DNA of 64,000 nt from a bacterium (GTDB lineage Bacteria; Bacillota; Clostridia; Christensenellales; CAG-138). Location of the stretch: assembly GCA_963643205.1 (NCBI GenBank), contig CAVIJJ010000002.1:1256-65255 (forward strand), read 5' to 3'. A program made the translations under genes and the position numbers. Each line of letters starts with the position of its first letter. Within the stretch, counting starts at the first letter, position 1. This document shows positions 8,449-16,223 of this stretch, in pieces. The notes under the pieces are model-generated. The model worked only from the letters and a program-made list of their open reading frames with translations, ran no database searches and was not told the origin of the DNA.

Positions 8449-10230
8449 ATGGAAAAGAATATGCCCAAGCGGAAGGTGCTTGGATCCGAGGCGCTGGGCG
8501 AATTGCTTGGCCGCGTGAAGGACGGCACTTTTAAGGACATTGTAATCGACTGGAAATGGATAGCGGCATACACCCGCCGTTACCGCGCGGCCGTTGTGAT
8601 ATACACGCTTTTGGGAATACTGAGCGCCTCTTTCGCGCTTGTTTCGGCCATAGCCAGCAAATACACAATTGATATAATTACGGGGCAGGATGAGGCGAAG
8701 CTTTGGTTTGTGATAACGGTAATGCTTTTGTCCGCCGTGCTGAGCGTTGCCCTAAACAGCGCCGTTTCAAGAATATCCGCAAAGGTTTCAATAAAGGTAA
8801 ATAACGATATACAGGCCGAAATATTCGATAATGTTATCCGCGCGGACTGGAGCGCGCTGAACTCCTACCCGGGCGGGGATTTGCTCAACCGCCTGAATAC
8901 GGACGCGTACACCGTTGCCGGCAACGCCATAAGCTGGCTGCCGGACCTTATAATAGCGGTATACACGTTCATAATAACGCTTCTCTCAATTCTTTATTAC
9001 GACGCGATAATGGCTGTTCTCGCTCTTTCAAGCGCGCCGTTCCTTATATTCAGCGCCCGAAGGCTGCTTGCCAAAATGCGTTCCTTCGGCCAAAAGGCGC
9101 GGGAGCTGAACAGCGACCTTATGAGCTTTGAAACGGAAACGTTTAATAACCTTGATTCCATAAAAAGCTTTGGCATAACCGATAGGCAAAGCGAGCGGCT
9201 TAGGGAAAAGCAGGCGAATTACAAAAAGGTTTCGCTTGATTATAATCTTTTCAGCATAAAAACGCAGGCCGCGCTTTCGCTTATAGGCTCCGCCGTGCAG
9301 ATGGCCGCGTTTTGCTACTGCCTGTATCTTCTTTGGAACGGGAAAATACTCTACGGCACCATGACCCTTTTCCTTTCGCAAGGGGCGAAGCTTTCTTCCG
9401 CCTTTAATTCGCTTGTAAAAACCGTGCCCGTGTTCCTTAATGCGTCGGTTTCAGCGTCAAGAATACGCGAACTTATGGCAATACCGCCCGAGCGGATAGG
9501 CGCGGGTGAGGACGCGCTGAACGCGGATCAAGGCTTAAGCGTTAAGCTTGAAAACGTAAGCTTTGCTTATAAAGAAAACGAAATCGTGCTTAAAAACGTT
9601 TGCTTTTCGGCCGAGCCCGGCGAGATAGTCGCGCTTATAGGCCCGTCCGGCGGCGGCAAAACCACAATGGTGCGCATGATACTTTCGCTTATAACCCCTA
9701 AAAACGGCAGCGCAACGCTTTCGGACGCGCACGGTTCAAGGCAGCAGATGAACGCTTCCCTAAGGGGATTCTTCTCCTATGTGCCGCAGGGGAACACGCT
9801 TATTTCCGGCACGATTGCCGATAATTTAAGAATGGTTAAAAGCGACGCAACGGACGCGGAGCTTGAGGCGGCGCTTAAAACGGCGTGCGCGTGGGAATTC
9901 GTTTGCAAAATGGACGGCGGAATAAACGCCTCCGTAGGGGAGCACGGCCACGGCCTGTCCGAAGGGCAGGCGCAGCGCGTGGCAATAGCGAGAGCCGTGC
10001 TCAGAAACGCCCCGGTAATGCTGCTTGACGAGGCCACATCCGCGCTTGACGTGGCAACCGAGCGGCAGGTGCTTAAATCCATAATGCTTGCCCACCCGAA
10101 CAAAACCTGCGTTGTTACAACGCATAGGCCGAGCGTATTGGGCCTGTGCGGCAGGGTATACAGGGTGCATTGCGGCATGGTTGAGGAAATAGACGGCGAC
10201 ACAGCCGAAAAACTGACCATGGATTATTGA
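8449..10230 (+). CDS. ABC exporter half-transporter (MsbA/PglK-like, fused TMD-NBD)
   Basis: 593 aa. A six-helix exporter domain is followed by an NBD with Walker A GPSGGGKTT, signature LSEGQAQR and Walker B VMLLDEATSALD. There is no C39 peptidase domain. Confidence 0.9.
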   Translation: MEKNMPKRKVLGSEALGELLGRVKDGTFKDIVIDWKWIAAYTRRYRAAVVIYTLLGILSASFALVSAIASKYTIDIITGQDEAKLWFVITVMLLSAVLSVALNSAVSRISAKVSIKVNNDIQAEIFDNVIRADWSALNSYPGGDLLNRLNTDAYTVAGNAISWLPDLIIAVYTFIITLLSILYYDAIMAVLALSSAPFLIFSARRLLAKMRSFGQKARELNSDLMSFETETFNNLDSIKSFGITDRQSERLREKQANYKKVSLDYNLFSIKTQAALSLIGSAVQMAAFCYCLYLLWNGKILYGTMTLFLSQGAKLSSAFNSLVKTVPVFLNASVSASRIRELMAIPPERIGAGEDALNADQGLSVKLENVSFAYKENEIVLKNVCFSAEPGEIVALIGPSGGGKTTMVRMILSLITPKNGSATLSDAHGSRQQMNASLRGFFSYVPQGNTLISGTIADNLRMVKSDATDAELEAALKTACAWEFVCKMDGGINASVGEHGHGLSEGQAQRVAIARAVLRNAPVMLLDEATSALDVATERQVLKSIMLAHPNKTCVVTTHRPSVLGLCGRVYRVHCGMVEEIDGDTAEKLTMDY

Positions 10231-10321
10231 GAATTCAGCTGAAAAAGCTTGTTTTTTGAAATTATATGCGGTATACTATGGCTATCCGTAAGGATATAAG
10301 ATTCAGTCGGAGGGGACTAAA

Positions 10322-10549
10322 ATGAAAAAATTCTTTGCACTGGTATTGGCAATGGCCCTTATATGCTGCTTTACCACCGCTGCGCTTGCTGACAGCGACG
10401 TGGTCAGCCCCGAAAATGGCAATACAGACGTTGATTCCAACGAGACTTCTCCGCAGACCGGTTACGATTTCGGTATCGAGAGCGTGGTACTGCTGGCTGT
10501 GCTTTGCGGCGGCGCGGCGCTGTACATTGGCAAAAAGGTTAAGGCCTAA
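10322..10549 (+). CDS. 75-aa secreted mini-protein with sortase sorting signal SPQTG
   Basis: GGAGGGG RBS. It has a Sec signal peptide (MKKFFALVLAMALICCFTTAALA), an acidic 23-aa mature segment (DSDVVSPENGNTDVDSNETSPQT), an SPQTG motif, a hydrophobic helix and a KKVKA tail. A terminator lies immediately downstream. Confidence 0.7.
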   Translation: MKKFFALVLAMALICCFTTAALADSDVVSPENGNTDVDSNETSPQTGYDFGIESVVLLAVLCGGAALYIGKKVKA

Positions 10550-10578
10550 GCCTTATTCAGCATCCTAAACGAACTTTA

Positions 10579-10616
10579 GCTCCATAAATGCGTGGCCGTT
10601 TATGGAGCGTTTTTTT
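10579..10616 (+). terminator. Rho-independent terminator after the mini-protein gene
   Basis: GCTCCATAAA-loop-TTTATGGAGC followed by GTTTTTTT. Confidence 0.8.
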
Positions 10617-10651
10617 GCCCCATATTCTGAAAACGAAAGGGAGAGGGCCGA

Positions 10652-11494
10652 ATGAAAAAATCCGTAAAGATAATACTCAGCCTGCTGTGCGTTGTAATGG
10701 CGGCGGTATGTGTTTGCTGTGTGCTTTATATTGTGCAGTATGTTCGCGGAAACGACCTTAATGAAAGGCTTGTGAGCAACGTTGCGTCCCAAACCGTTGA
10801 AGCCGTGCTGACCGAGGCGGAGGATGAAACGGGCGATGAAACCGACGGCGGCGAAACCGCGGCCGGGGACGAAACAAAGGAAGCGCCGCAAAAAACATTC
10901 AAGAATATTGACTTTGCCGCGCTTAGCGCGATAAACGGGGATATATACGCCTGGATAGATATGCCGGGCACCGTTATAAACTACGCCGTTGTGCAGAGCG
11001 AGGATGAAAACGAGTTTTATTCGGATCATTCCGTGGACGGCAGCTACTATTCCGGCGGCAGCATTTTTTCGCAGCGCTATAATAAGCGGGACTTTACGGA
11101 TCCCGTTACCGTGCTTTACGGGCACAACCGCAAAAACGGCACCATGTTTGCCGCGCTTAACGATTTCGCGGACCCGACATTCTTTGAAAAGCACAAAACA
11201 GTTTATATTTATATTGAGGGCATGGTATATGAATATACCGTGTTCGCCGCATATCCGCACAGCAGTGAGCATCTGCTCCTTAATCACGATTTTACGGACG
11301 AGGAAGAGTTTACCGAGTATTTCGGCTCGCTTAAGGATGGCGTAAACACGAATTACGATAGGGATATGTTCCCGCTGTTCGGGGATAAGGTGCTAACGCT
11401 TTCAACCTGCTATAAGGAAAACCGCATGCAGCGCTATCTTGTGCAGGCAAAGCTTACCGCGCAGTACTCTCTGGTTTACGACAAGGCGGAATAA
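10652..11494 (+). CDS. srtB: Class B sortase
   Basis: N-terminal TM anchor and acidic linker. The segment DIYAWIDMPGTVINYAVVQ is class-B-like. It has catalytic His (VLYGHN), catalytic Cys (LTLSTC) and a downstream Arg (RYLVQAKL). Confidence 0.85.
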   Translation: MKKSVKIILSLLCVVMAAVCVCCVLYIVQYVRGNDLNERLVSNVASQTVEAVLTEAEDETGDETDGGETAAGDETKEAPQKTFKNIDFAALSAINGDIYAWIDMPGTVINYAVVQSEDENEFYSDHSVDGSYYSGGSIFSQRYNKRDFTDPVTVLYGHNRKNGTMFAALNDFADPTFFEKHKTVYIYIEGMVYEYTVFAAYPHSSEHLLLNHDFTDEEEFTEYFGSLKDGVNTNYDRDMFPLFGDKVLTLSTCYKENRMQRYLVQAKLTAQYSLVYDKAE

Positions 11495-11497
11495 CCA

Positions 11498-12595
11498 ATG
11501 GAAAAAACCAAGAAAAAGGGCAAAATAAGCCCGATATTGCTTATATTCATAATACTCGCCTCCCTTACGGCGGCGCTTGTGAGCGCGGCGCTTATAATAT
11601 GGTTCAGCGGGCGCGCCTCGTTAAGCAACAAGGAAACAAAGGCTCCCGCGCTTGTGGAGGTGCCTAAGCCGGAAGAAACGGAGACCGTGGCGGCGGAACC
11701 CACGCCCACACCGAATACAAAAATAGAGTACGATATAACGAGCGGCGGAAGATATTATAAATATAAAGACGGGCTTATAAATCTGCTCCTCATAGGCGTT
11801 GATTCGGACAAAAAGCCATCAAAGCCGCTTGAGTACGGCAACAATAACCAGGCGGACGTTATAATACTGGCCTCGCTTGACACAAAGAACAGCGAAATGT
11901 CCCTTATAGCCGTTAACCGCGATACCATGTGCGACTTGACCGTAACCGACAGCGACGGAAACATTACCGGCATAGGCCGCGGGCAGATTGCCCTTTCGTA
12001 TTCTTACGGCGACGGGTTGGACGCAAGCTGTCAGCTTTGCAGGGATGCCGTTTCAAACCTGTTTTACGGGCTTCAGATAGATGGCTACGCCGCGTTTTAC
12101 ATGGGCGGCGTGGAGGAGCTTAACGACGCGCTTGGCGGAATAACCGTAACTATACTGGGCGATTACCCATTTACCAAGCACTCCGGCTGCAGAAACATGA
12201 AGGAGGGCGAGGAGGTTACGCTTACCGGCAAGCAGGCCGCGGCCTATATAAGATACAGGCTCCATACAGAGGACGGCAATACGGGCCGCATGGCCAGGCA
12301 AAAGCAATATATGCTTGCGATGATTAAAACCGCGCGGCAGAAGATTTACGAAAACCCCACGTGCGTTGTGAACCTTTATACGTCGCTTAACAAATATATA
12401 ATAAGCGATCTTGATGTGGGTGAGCTGAGCTACCTGGCCACTGAGGCCGCGGGTATGTCCTTCTCGGGCGATATATACAAGCTTGAGGGTGAGTCGATTG
12501 TAAGTGACGAGGATCATGTTGAGCTTACTATTGATGATCAATCCCTGTTTGATACAATGATAAGCGTGTTTTATGAGGACGTTACCCCCGAATAA
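11498..12595 (+). CDS. LytR-CpsA-Psr (LCP) family cell-wall glycopolymer ligase
   Basis: TM anchor followed by the LCP core LLLIGVDSD...NQADVIILASLD...LIAVNRDT. There is a 3-nt gap to srtB. Confidence 0.85.
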   Translation: MEKTKKKGKISPILLIFIILASLTAALVSAALIIWFSGRASLSNKETKAPALVEVPKPEETETVAAEPTPTPNTKIEYDITSGGRYYKYKDGLINLLLIGVDSDKKPSKPLEYGNNNQADVIILASLDTKNSEMSLIAVNRDTMCDLTVTDSDGNITGIGRGQIALSYSYGDGLDASCQLCRDAVSNLFYGLQIDGYAAFYMGGVEELNDALGGITVTILGDYPFTKHSGCRNMKEGEEVTLTGKQAAAYIRYRLHTEDGNTGRMARQKQYMLAMIKTARQKIYENPTCVVNLYTSLNKYIISDLDVGELSYLATEAAGMSFSGDIYKLEGESIVSDEDHVELTIDDQSLFDTMISVFYEDVTPE

Positions 12596-12649
12596 GGCGC
12601 GAAAGGGAAACTCAAGGGCTTTTGCGAGCGCCGCGGGAGCCCTTTTTCC

Positions 12650-12678
12650 TTGATAAATGGGCGATATGCATCTATAAT
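12650..12678 (+). promoter_or_regulatory. SigA-type promoter (TTGATA-17-TATAAT) 7 nt upstream of the mrnC ATG
   Basis: TTGATA at 12650-12655, a 17-nt spacer and TATAAT at 12673-12678. No SD lies between the -10 element and ATG 12686. Confidence 0.6.
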
Positions 12679-12685
12679 ATAATCG

Positions 12686-13129
12686 ATGGAAAATGCATTT
12701 GAAAGACAAGGCACTCTTGTTGCCGAAATAAACAGCGCCCTGCCGAGCGGCGAGCGCGAACAGAAGGCGGCCCAGCTGCCGGCGCTTAACCTTGCCTATA
12801 TAGGAGACACGGTTTTTGACCTGTACGTTCGTACAATGCTTGTAACCCGAGCGGATGCCAAGGTGCACGAGCTGCATCTTATGAGCGCCGCGCGCGTATG
12901 CGCCAAGGGGCAGGCGGAGGGCTTCAGAAAGATTGAGCCCATGCTCAGCGAGGAGGAAATGAGCGTATATAAGCGCGGGCGCAATTCGCACCTGGGTACT
13001 GTCGCGAAAAACGCCACCATTTCCGATTACCGCACGGCTACCGGGCTTGAGGCGCTTATAGGCTACCTGTACCTTACCGGGCAGGACGCAAGGCTTAAAG
13101 AGCTTATGCAAATAATACTTGAACACTGA
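12686..13129 (+). CDS. mrnC: Mini-ribonuclease 3
   Basis: 147 aa with an RNase III-like signature LAYIGDTVFDLYVR. Conserved position upstream of rlmB and sigH. Confidence 0.85.
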   Translation: MENAFERQGTLVAEINSALPSGEREQKAAQLPALNLAYIGDTVFDLYVRTMLVTRADAKVHELHLMSAARVCAKGQAEGFRKIEPMLSEEEMSVYKRGRNSHLGTVAKNATISDYRTATGLEALIGYLYLTGQDARLKELMQIILEH

Positions 13130-13146
13130 AAAGGGAGGCTATAACC

Positions 13147-13914
13147 ATGCCACAAAGACAAATGGAAGCCCTGCTTCTTTGCCATACACCCGAGCCTGAA
13201 ACGGCCATAGCCCTGGCAGGCCGGCTTTGCTACAGCGATAGCGACATTCTTTCTCTTAAGGACGCGGTGCAGGGGAAAAGCGAAAGCTTTGTTAAAAAGC
13301 TTATATCGATGGGGCATCTTTCCCCTATAGAGCACGCTTCGTTCACGTTTGCCGCGCAGGGTGTAAGCCGCGCCCTGCTTGCCCAGATTACAAGGCACCG
13401 CATAGCAAGCTTTTCCGTGCAGTCCCAAAGATACGTTAAAAAGGACGCGCTGGACTATATTGTTCCGCCCAGCATAAAGGCATTGGGTGAGGAGGCGGAG
13501 CTTGAGTACATAGCCCAAATTCAGCAGTGCGAGCAATTCTATCAGCATTGGCTTTCATTGGGCATCCCCGCGGAGGACGCGCGCTTTATGCTGCCCAACG
13601 CCGCCGAAACAAGAATGGTATTCACCATGAACGCACGCGAGCTTATGCATTTCTTCTCCCTGCGCTGCTGCAACAGGGCGCAATGGGAAATAAGAACCCT
13701 TGCCTGGGCAATGCTTGGCATGTGCATGCGCGAGGCGCCGTGCCTTTTTGAAAACTGCGGACCGTCCTGCGCCGCCGGTCCCTGCCCGGAGGGCAAAAAG
13801 TGCTGCGGCAAAACAAACGAGGTGCGCGCAAGGCTTGAGGAGCTTAAGTCCCTTGCGGCCAGCGGTGCCGACGATGCGGAACTATCCCGCTTTGCCCGCG
13901 AAAATTGCATATAA
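13147..13914 (+). CDS. thyX: FAD-dependent thymidylate synthase
   Basis: ThyX motif RHRIASFSVQSQRY. It carries a Cys-rich C-terminal extension, CGPSCAAGPCPEGKKCCGK. Confidence 0.9.
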   Translation: MPQRQMEALLLCHTPEPETAIALAGRLCYSDSDILSLKDAVQGKSESFVKKLISMGHLSPIEHASFTFAAQGVSRALLAQITRHRIASFSVQSQRYVKKDALDYIVPPSIKALGEEAELEYIAQIQQCEQFYQHWLSLGIPAEDARFMLPNAAETRMVFTMNARELMHFFSLRCCNRAQWEIRTLAWAMLGMCMREAPCLFENCGPSCAAGPCPEGKKCCGKTNEVRARLEELKSLAASGADDAELSRFARENCI

Positions 13915-13934
13915 AAGTTTAAGGAGAATATAAA

Positions 13935-15065
13935 ATGGCTCAGTACAAGAACAACAGCCGCAACTACCGCCGAAACGACAGGAACGACGAGGGCGAAGTA
14001 GTATTTAAGGACGGCCAGCCCGTTACAACATACAGAAAGAGCAGGAGCGACAGCCGCTCGAACTCCGGCTATTCATCCGGCCGCTCCGGCAGCTATTCCG
14101 GCAAAACCTACGGCCGTCGCGATAACAAAACCGGCGATTCGGAGCAGAAAACATATTATAAGAAGAGGGACAACGCTGAGGGCCGCTTTGACCGCGCCAA
14201 GAAGGACGATAATTATAAGTCCAAGCGCGAGGCTTCCTCATATAAGGAAAACGAGAAGCAGGCGGAGAACGCCAAGCAGTCTAACGCCAACGAGGAGCAG
14301 GACGAGCTGCCCTATATCATAATGGGCCGCAACGCCGTGCGCGAGGCCGTGAAGAGCGGCAGGAGTATAGACAAAATACTTGTTACAAAGGAAATGGACG
14401 GCTCCCTCAGGGAAATCATTAACCTTGCAAGGGACAATAACATAAGGGTGGACAGCGTTGCCCGCGAAAAGCTTGATGAGCTTTGCTTGCCCTTTGGCCA
14501 CGGCCAGAAGACCGGAAACCATCAGGGAATAGTCGCAATGGTTCCGGGCGTTGAGTATTGCGAAATAGCGGATATTCTTAACTACGCCAAGGAAAAGGGA
14601 GAGAAGCCCTTTGTAATAATACTTGACGGAATAGAGGATCCGCATAATCTCGGTTCAATAATAAGGAGCGCCGTATGCGCCGGAGCGCACGGCATTATAA
14701 TCCCCCGCCGCAGGGCCGTAAGCGTTACCGCCGCGGCATGCAAGGCAAGCGCCGGCGCCGTTGAATACGCCCACATTGCCCGCGTTGCCAATGTTGCCAA
14801 CGCTATAGCCAGGCTTAAGGACGAGGGACTCTGGATAGCGGGTGCCGATATGAGCGGCACGGCCATGACATCCGCCCGTATGGAGGGCGCTCTTGCCCTT
14901 GTTATAGGCAGCGAGGGAGACGGCATAGGCAGGCTTGTAAAGGAAAAGTGCGACTTCCTTGTGTCCATCCCCATGTTTGGCCAGATTGATTCGCTTAACG
15001 CCGCAGTTGCCGCGGCCGTGCTTATGTTTGAAAAGCGCAGGCAGGACGGCATAAAGAAAAACTGA
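13935..15065 (+). CDS. rlmB: 23S rRNA (guanosine-2'-O)-methyltransferase RlmB (TrmH/SpoU family) with ~125-aa basic low-complexity N-terminal extension
   Basis: SpoU motifs ILDGIEDPHNLGSIIRSA, VIGSEGDGI and IPMFGQIDSLNAAVAAAV. There is a strong RBS (AAGGAGA) before ATG 13935. Confidence 0.85.
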   Translation: MAQYKNNSRNYRRNDRNDEGEVVFKDGQPVTTYRKSRSDSRSNSGYSSGRSGSYSGKTYGRRDNKTGDSEQKTYYKKRDNAEGRFDRAKKDDNYKSKREASSYKENEKQAENAKQSNANEEQDELPYIIMGRNAVREAVKSGRSIDKILVTKEMDGSLREIINLARDNNIRVDSVAREKLDELCLPFGHGQKTGNHQGIVAMVPGVEYCEIADILNYAKEKGEKPFVIILDGIEDPHNLGSIIRSAVCAGAHGIIIPRRRAVSVTAAACKASAGAVEYAHIARVANVANAIARLKDEGLWIAGADMSGTAMTSARMEGALALVIGSEGDGIGRLVKEKCDFLVSIPMFGQIDSLNAAVAAAVLMFEKRRQDGIKKN

Positions 15066-15079
15066 AAAGGATAAAAGCA

Positions 15080-15724
15080 GTGGAGATTAACGACGAGTGC
15101 GCGGGCACCGGGCGCGTGGAAAAACCGAGCGACGAGGAGCTGATAGCCCTTTCGCGAAGCGGTGAAGCGTGGGCGGAGGAAGCGCTGTGCGAGCGGCACA
15201 AGGACCTGGTACGCATAAAGGCGAGGCCGTACTTTCTGATAGGGGCGGATAGGGAAGACCTGATTCAGGAAGGCATGATAGGGCTTTATAAGGCCGTGCG
15301 CGATTATGAGCCGGGGCACGACATGAGCTTTCGTTCGTTCGCGGAGCTTTGCATAGTGCGCCAGATAATAACGGCCATAAAGCAGGCCACGCGCAAAAAG
15401 CATGCCCCACTGAACACATATATATCCTTTTATAAAACCACGGATGAGGAAAACGAGCGCACGCTTATGGATACCATGCCCGCCGCGCGTACGGACAATC
15501 CGGAGGAGCTTATAATAAGCCGGGAGAGCATGACGGACATGAACAAAATGCTCGATACCATGCTTACCCCGCTTGAAAAGAGCGTGCTTGAGCTTTTTAT
15601 TGAAGGGAAAAGCTATCAGGAGATAGCCGCCGCGCTCGGCAGGGGACGGAAAACGGTTGATAACGCCCTGCAGCGCATAAAGAAAAAGATTGAGGCGTAT
15701 CTTAAAACAAGAACAAAGGAATAA
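15080..15724 (+). CDS. sigH: RNA polymerase sigma factor SigH
   Basis: GTG start. Region 2 reads FLIGADREDLIQEGMIGLYKAVRDYEP and the region 4 HTH reads SYQEIAAALGRGRKTVDNALQRIKKK. It lies downstream of mrnC-rlmB, as in Bacillus. Confidence 0.85.
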   Translation: MEINDECAGTGRVEKPSDEELIALSRSGEAWAEEALCERHKDLVRIKARPYFLIGADREDLIQEGMIGLYKAVRDYEPGHDMSFRSFAELCIVRQIITAIKQATRKKHAPLNTYISFYKTTDEENERTLMDTMPAARTDNPEELIISRESMTDMNKMLDTMLTPLEKSVLELFIEGKSYQEIAAALGRGRKTVDNALQRIKKKIEAYLKTRTKE

Positions 15725-15755
15725 AACAATGGGCGTGCCGATACCGGCGCGCCTT

Positions 15756-16223
15756 TTATTTTACGCTCATTACGTATATCTGGCAGGGGTTATGCTCATC
15801 CCAAAGGGTAGGGAAAACCTCAAATTCCTTAAAACCGAGCGACTGATAGAAAAGATTTGTTTTATCGTAACAATCGTATCGCCCCATCTGAACGGTTTTA
15901 ACCTGAATAAACGAATATCCTTTGTCATGCGCATATTTATACGCGGCGTCAAAAAGCGCCCTTCCTATGCCAAGGCGGTGGTATTGCTTCAAAACGCCCA
16001 TAACGTAAAGCTCCGTTGTCGCGTTTCCCGTTTGATTAAGGCTTAAAAAGCCCGCGGGCACATCACCCATGTACGCGCAGAAAAACGGTCTATTCATTGA
16101 TTCGGCTATGTATTCTTCTCTTGATTCAGGTATTCCGAACCATTCGGGCAGCGCTTCAAGTATGCCTCTCGCTATTTTCGCCTTTTGTTCAGGGCTTTGC
16201 ACGAATATTATTTTGCTGTTCAT
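15756..16223 (-). CDS. GNAT family N-acetyltransferase
   Basis: 155 aa. The acetyl-CoA binding segment is VLKQYHRLGIGRALFDAAYKYA. Confidence 0.8.
   Translation of the reverse strand: MNSKIIFVQSPEQKAKIARGILEALPEWFGIPESREEYIAESMNRPFFCAYMGDVPAGFLSLNQTGNATTELYVMGVLKQYHRLGIGRALFDAAYKYAHDKGYSFIQVKTVQMGRYDCYDKTNLFYQSLGFKEFEVFPTLWDEHNPCQIYVMSVK

Noticed and set aside
10335-10568. 77-aa ORF in an alternative frame over the mini-protein gene
   Set aside because: It has no RBS and a Trp/Arg-rich composition. The frame at 10322 has an RBS, a signal peptide and a sorting signal.
12053-13126. Long antisense ORFs in the track. Examples are 12053-13126 (357 aa), 6907-7656, 14582-15403, 20529-21422, 31537-32172, 36483-37064, 37477-38043, 41723-42379, 46638-47231, 50004-50930, 57712-58530, 59695-60414 and 63156-63584.
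   Set aside because: Each lies entirely opposite a gene with clear family motifs. Each has a low-complexity or Arg/Ala/Gly-rich composition typical of shadow ORFs in GC-rich coding DNA, and each lacks an RBS.
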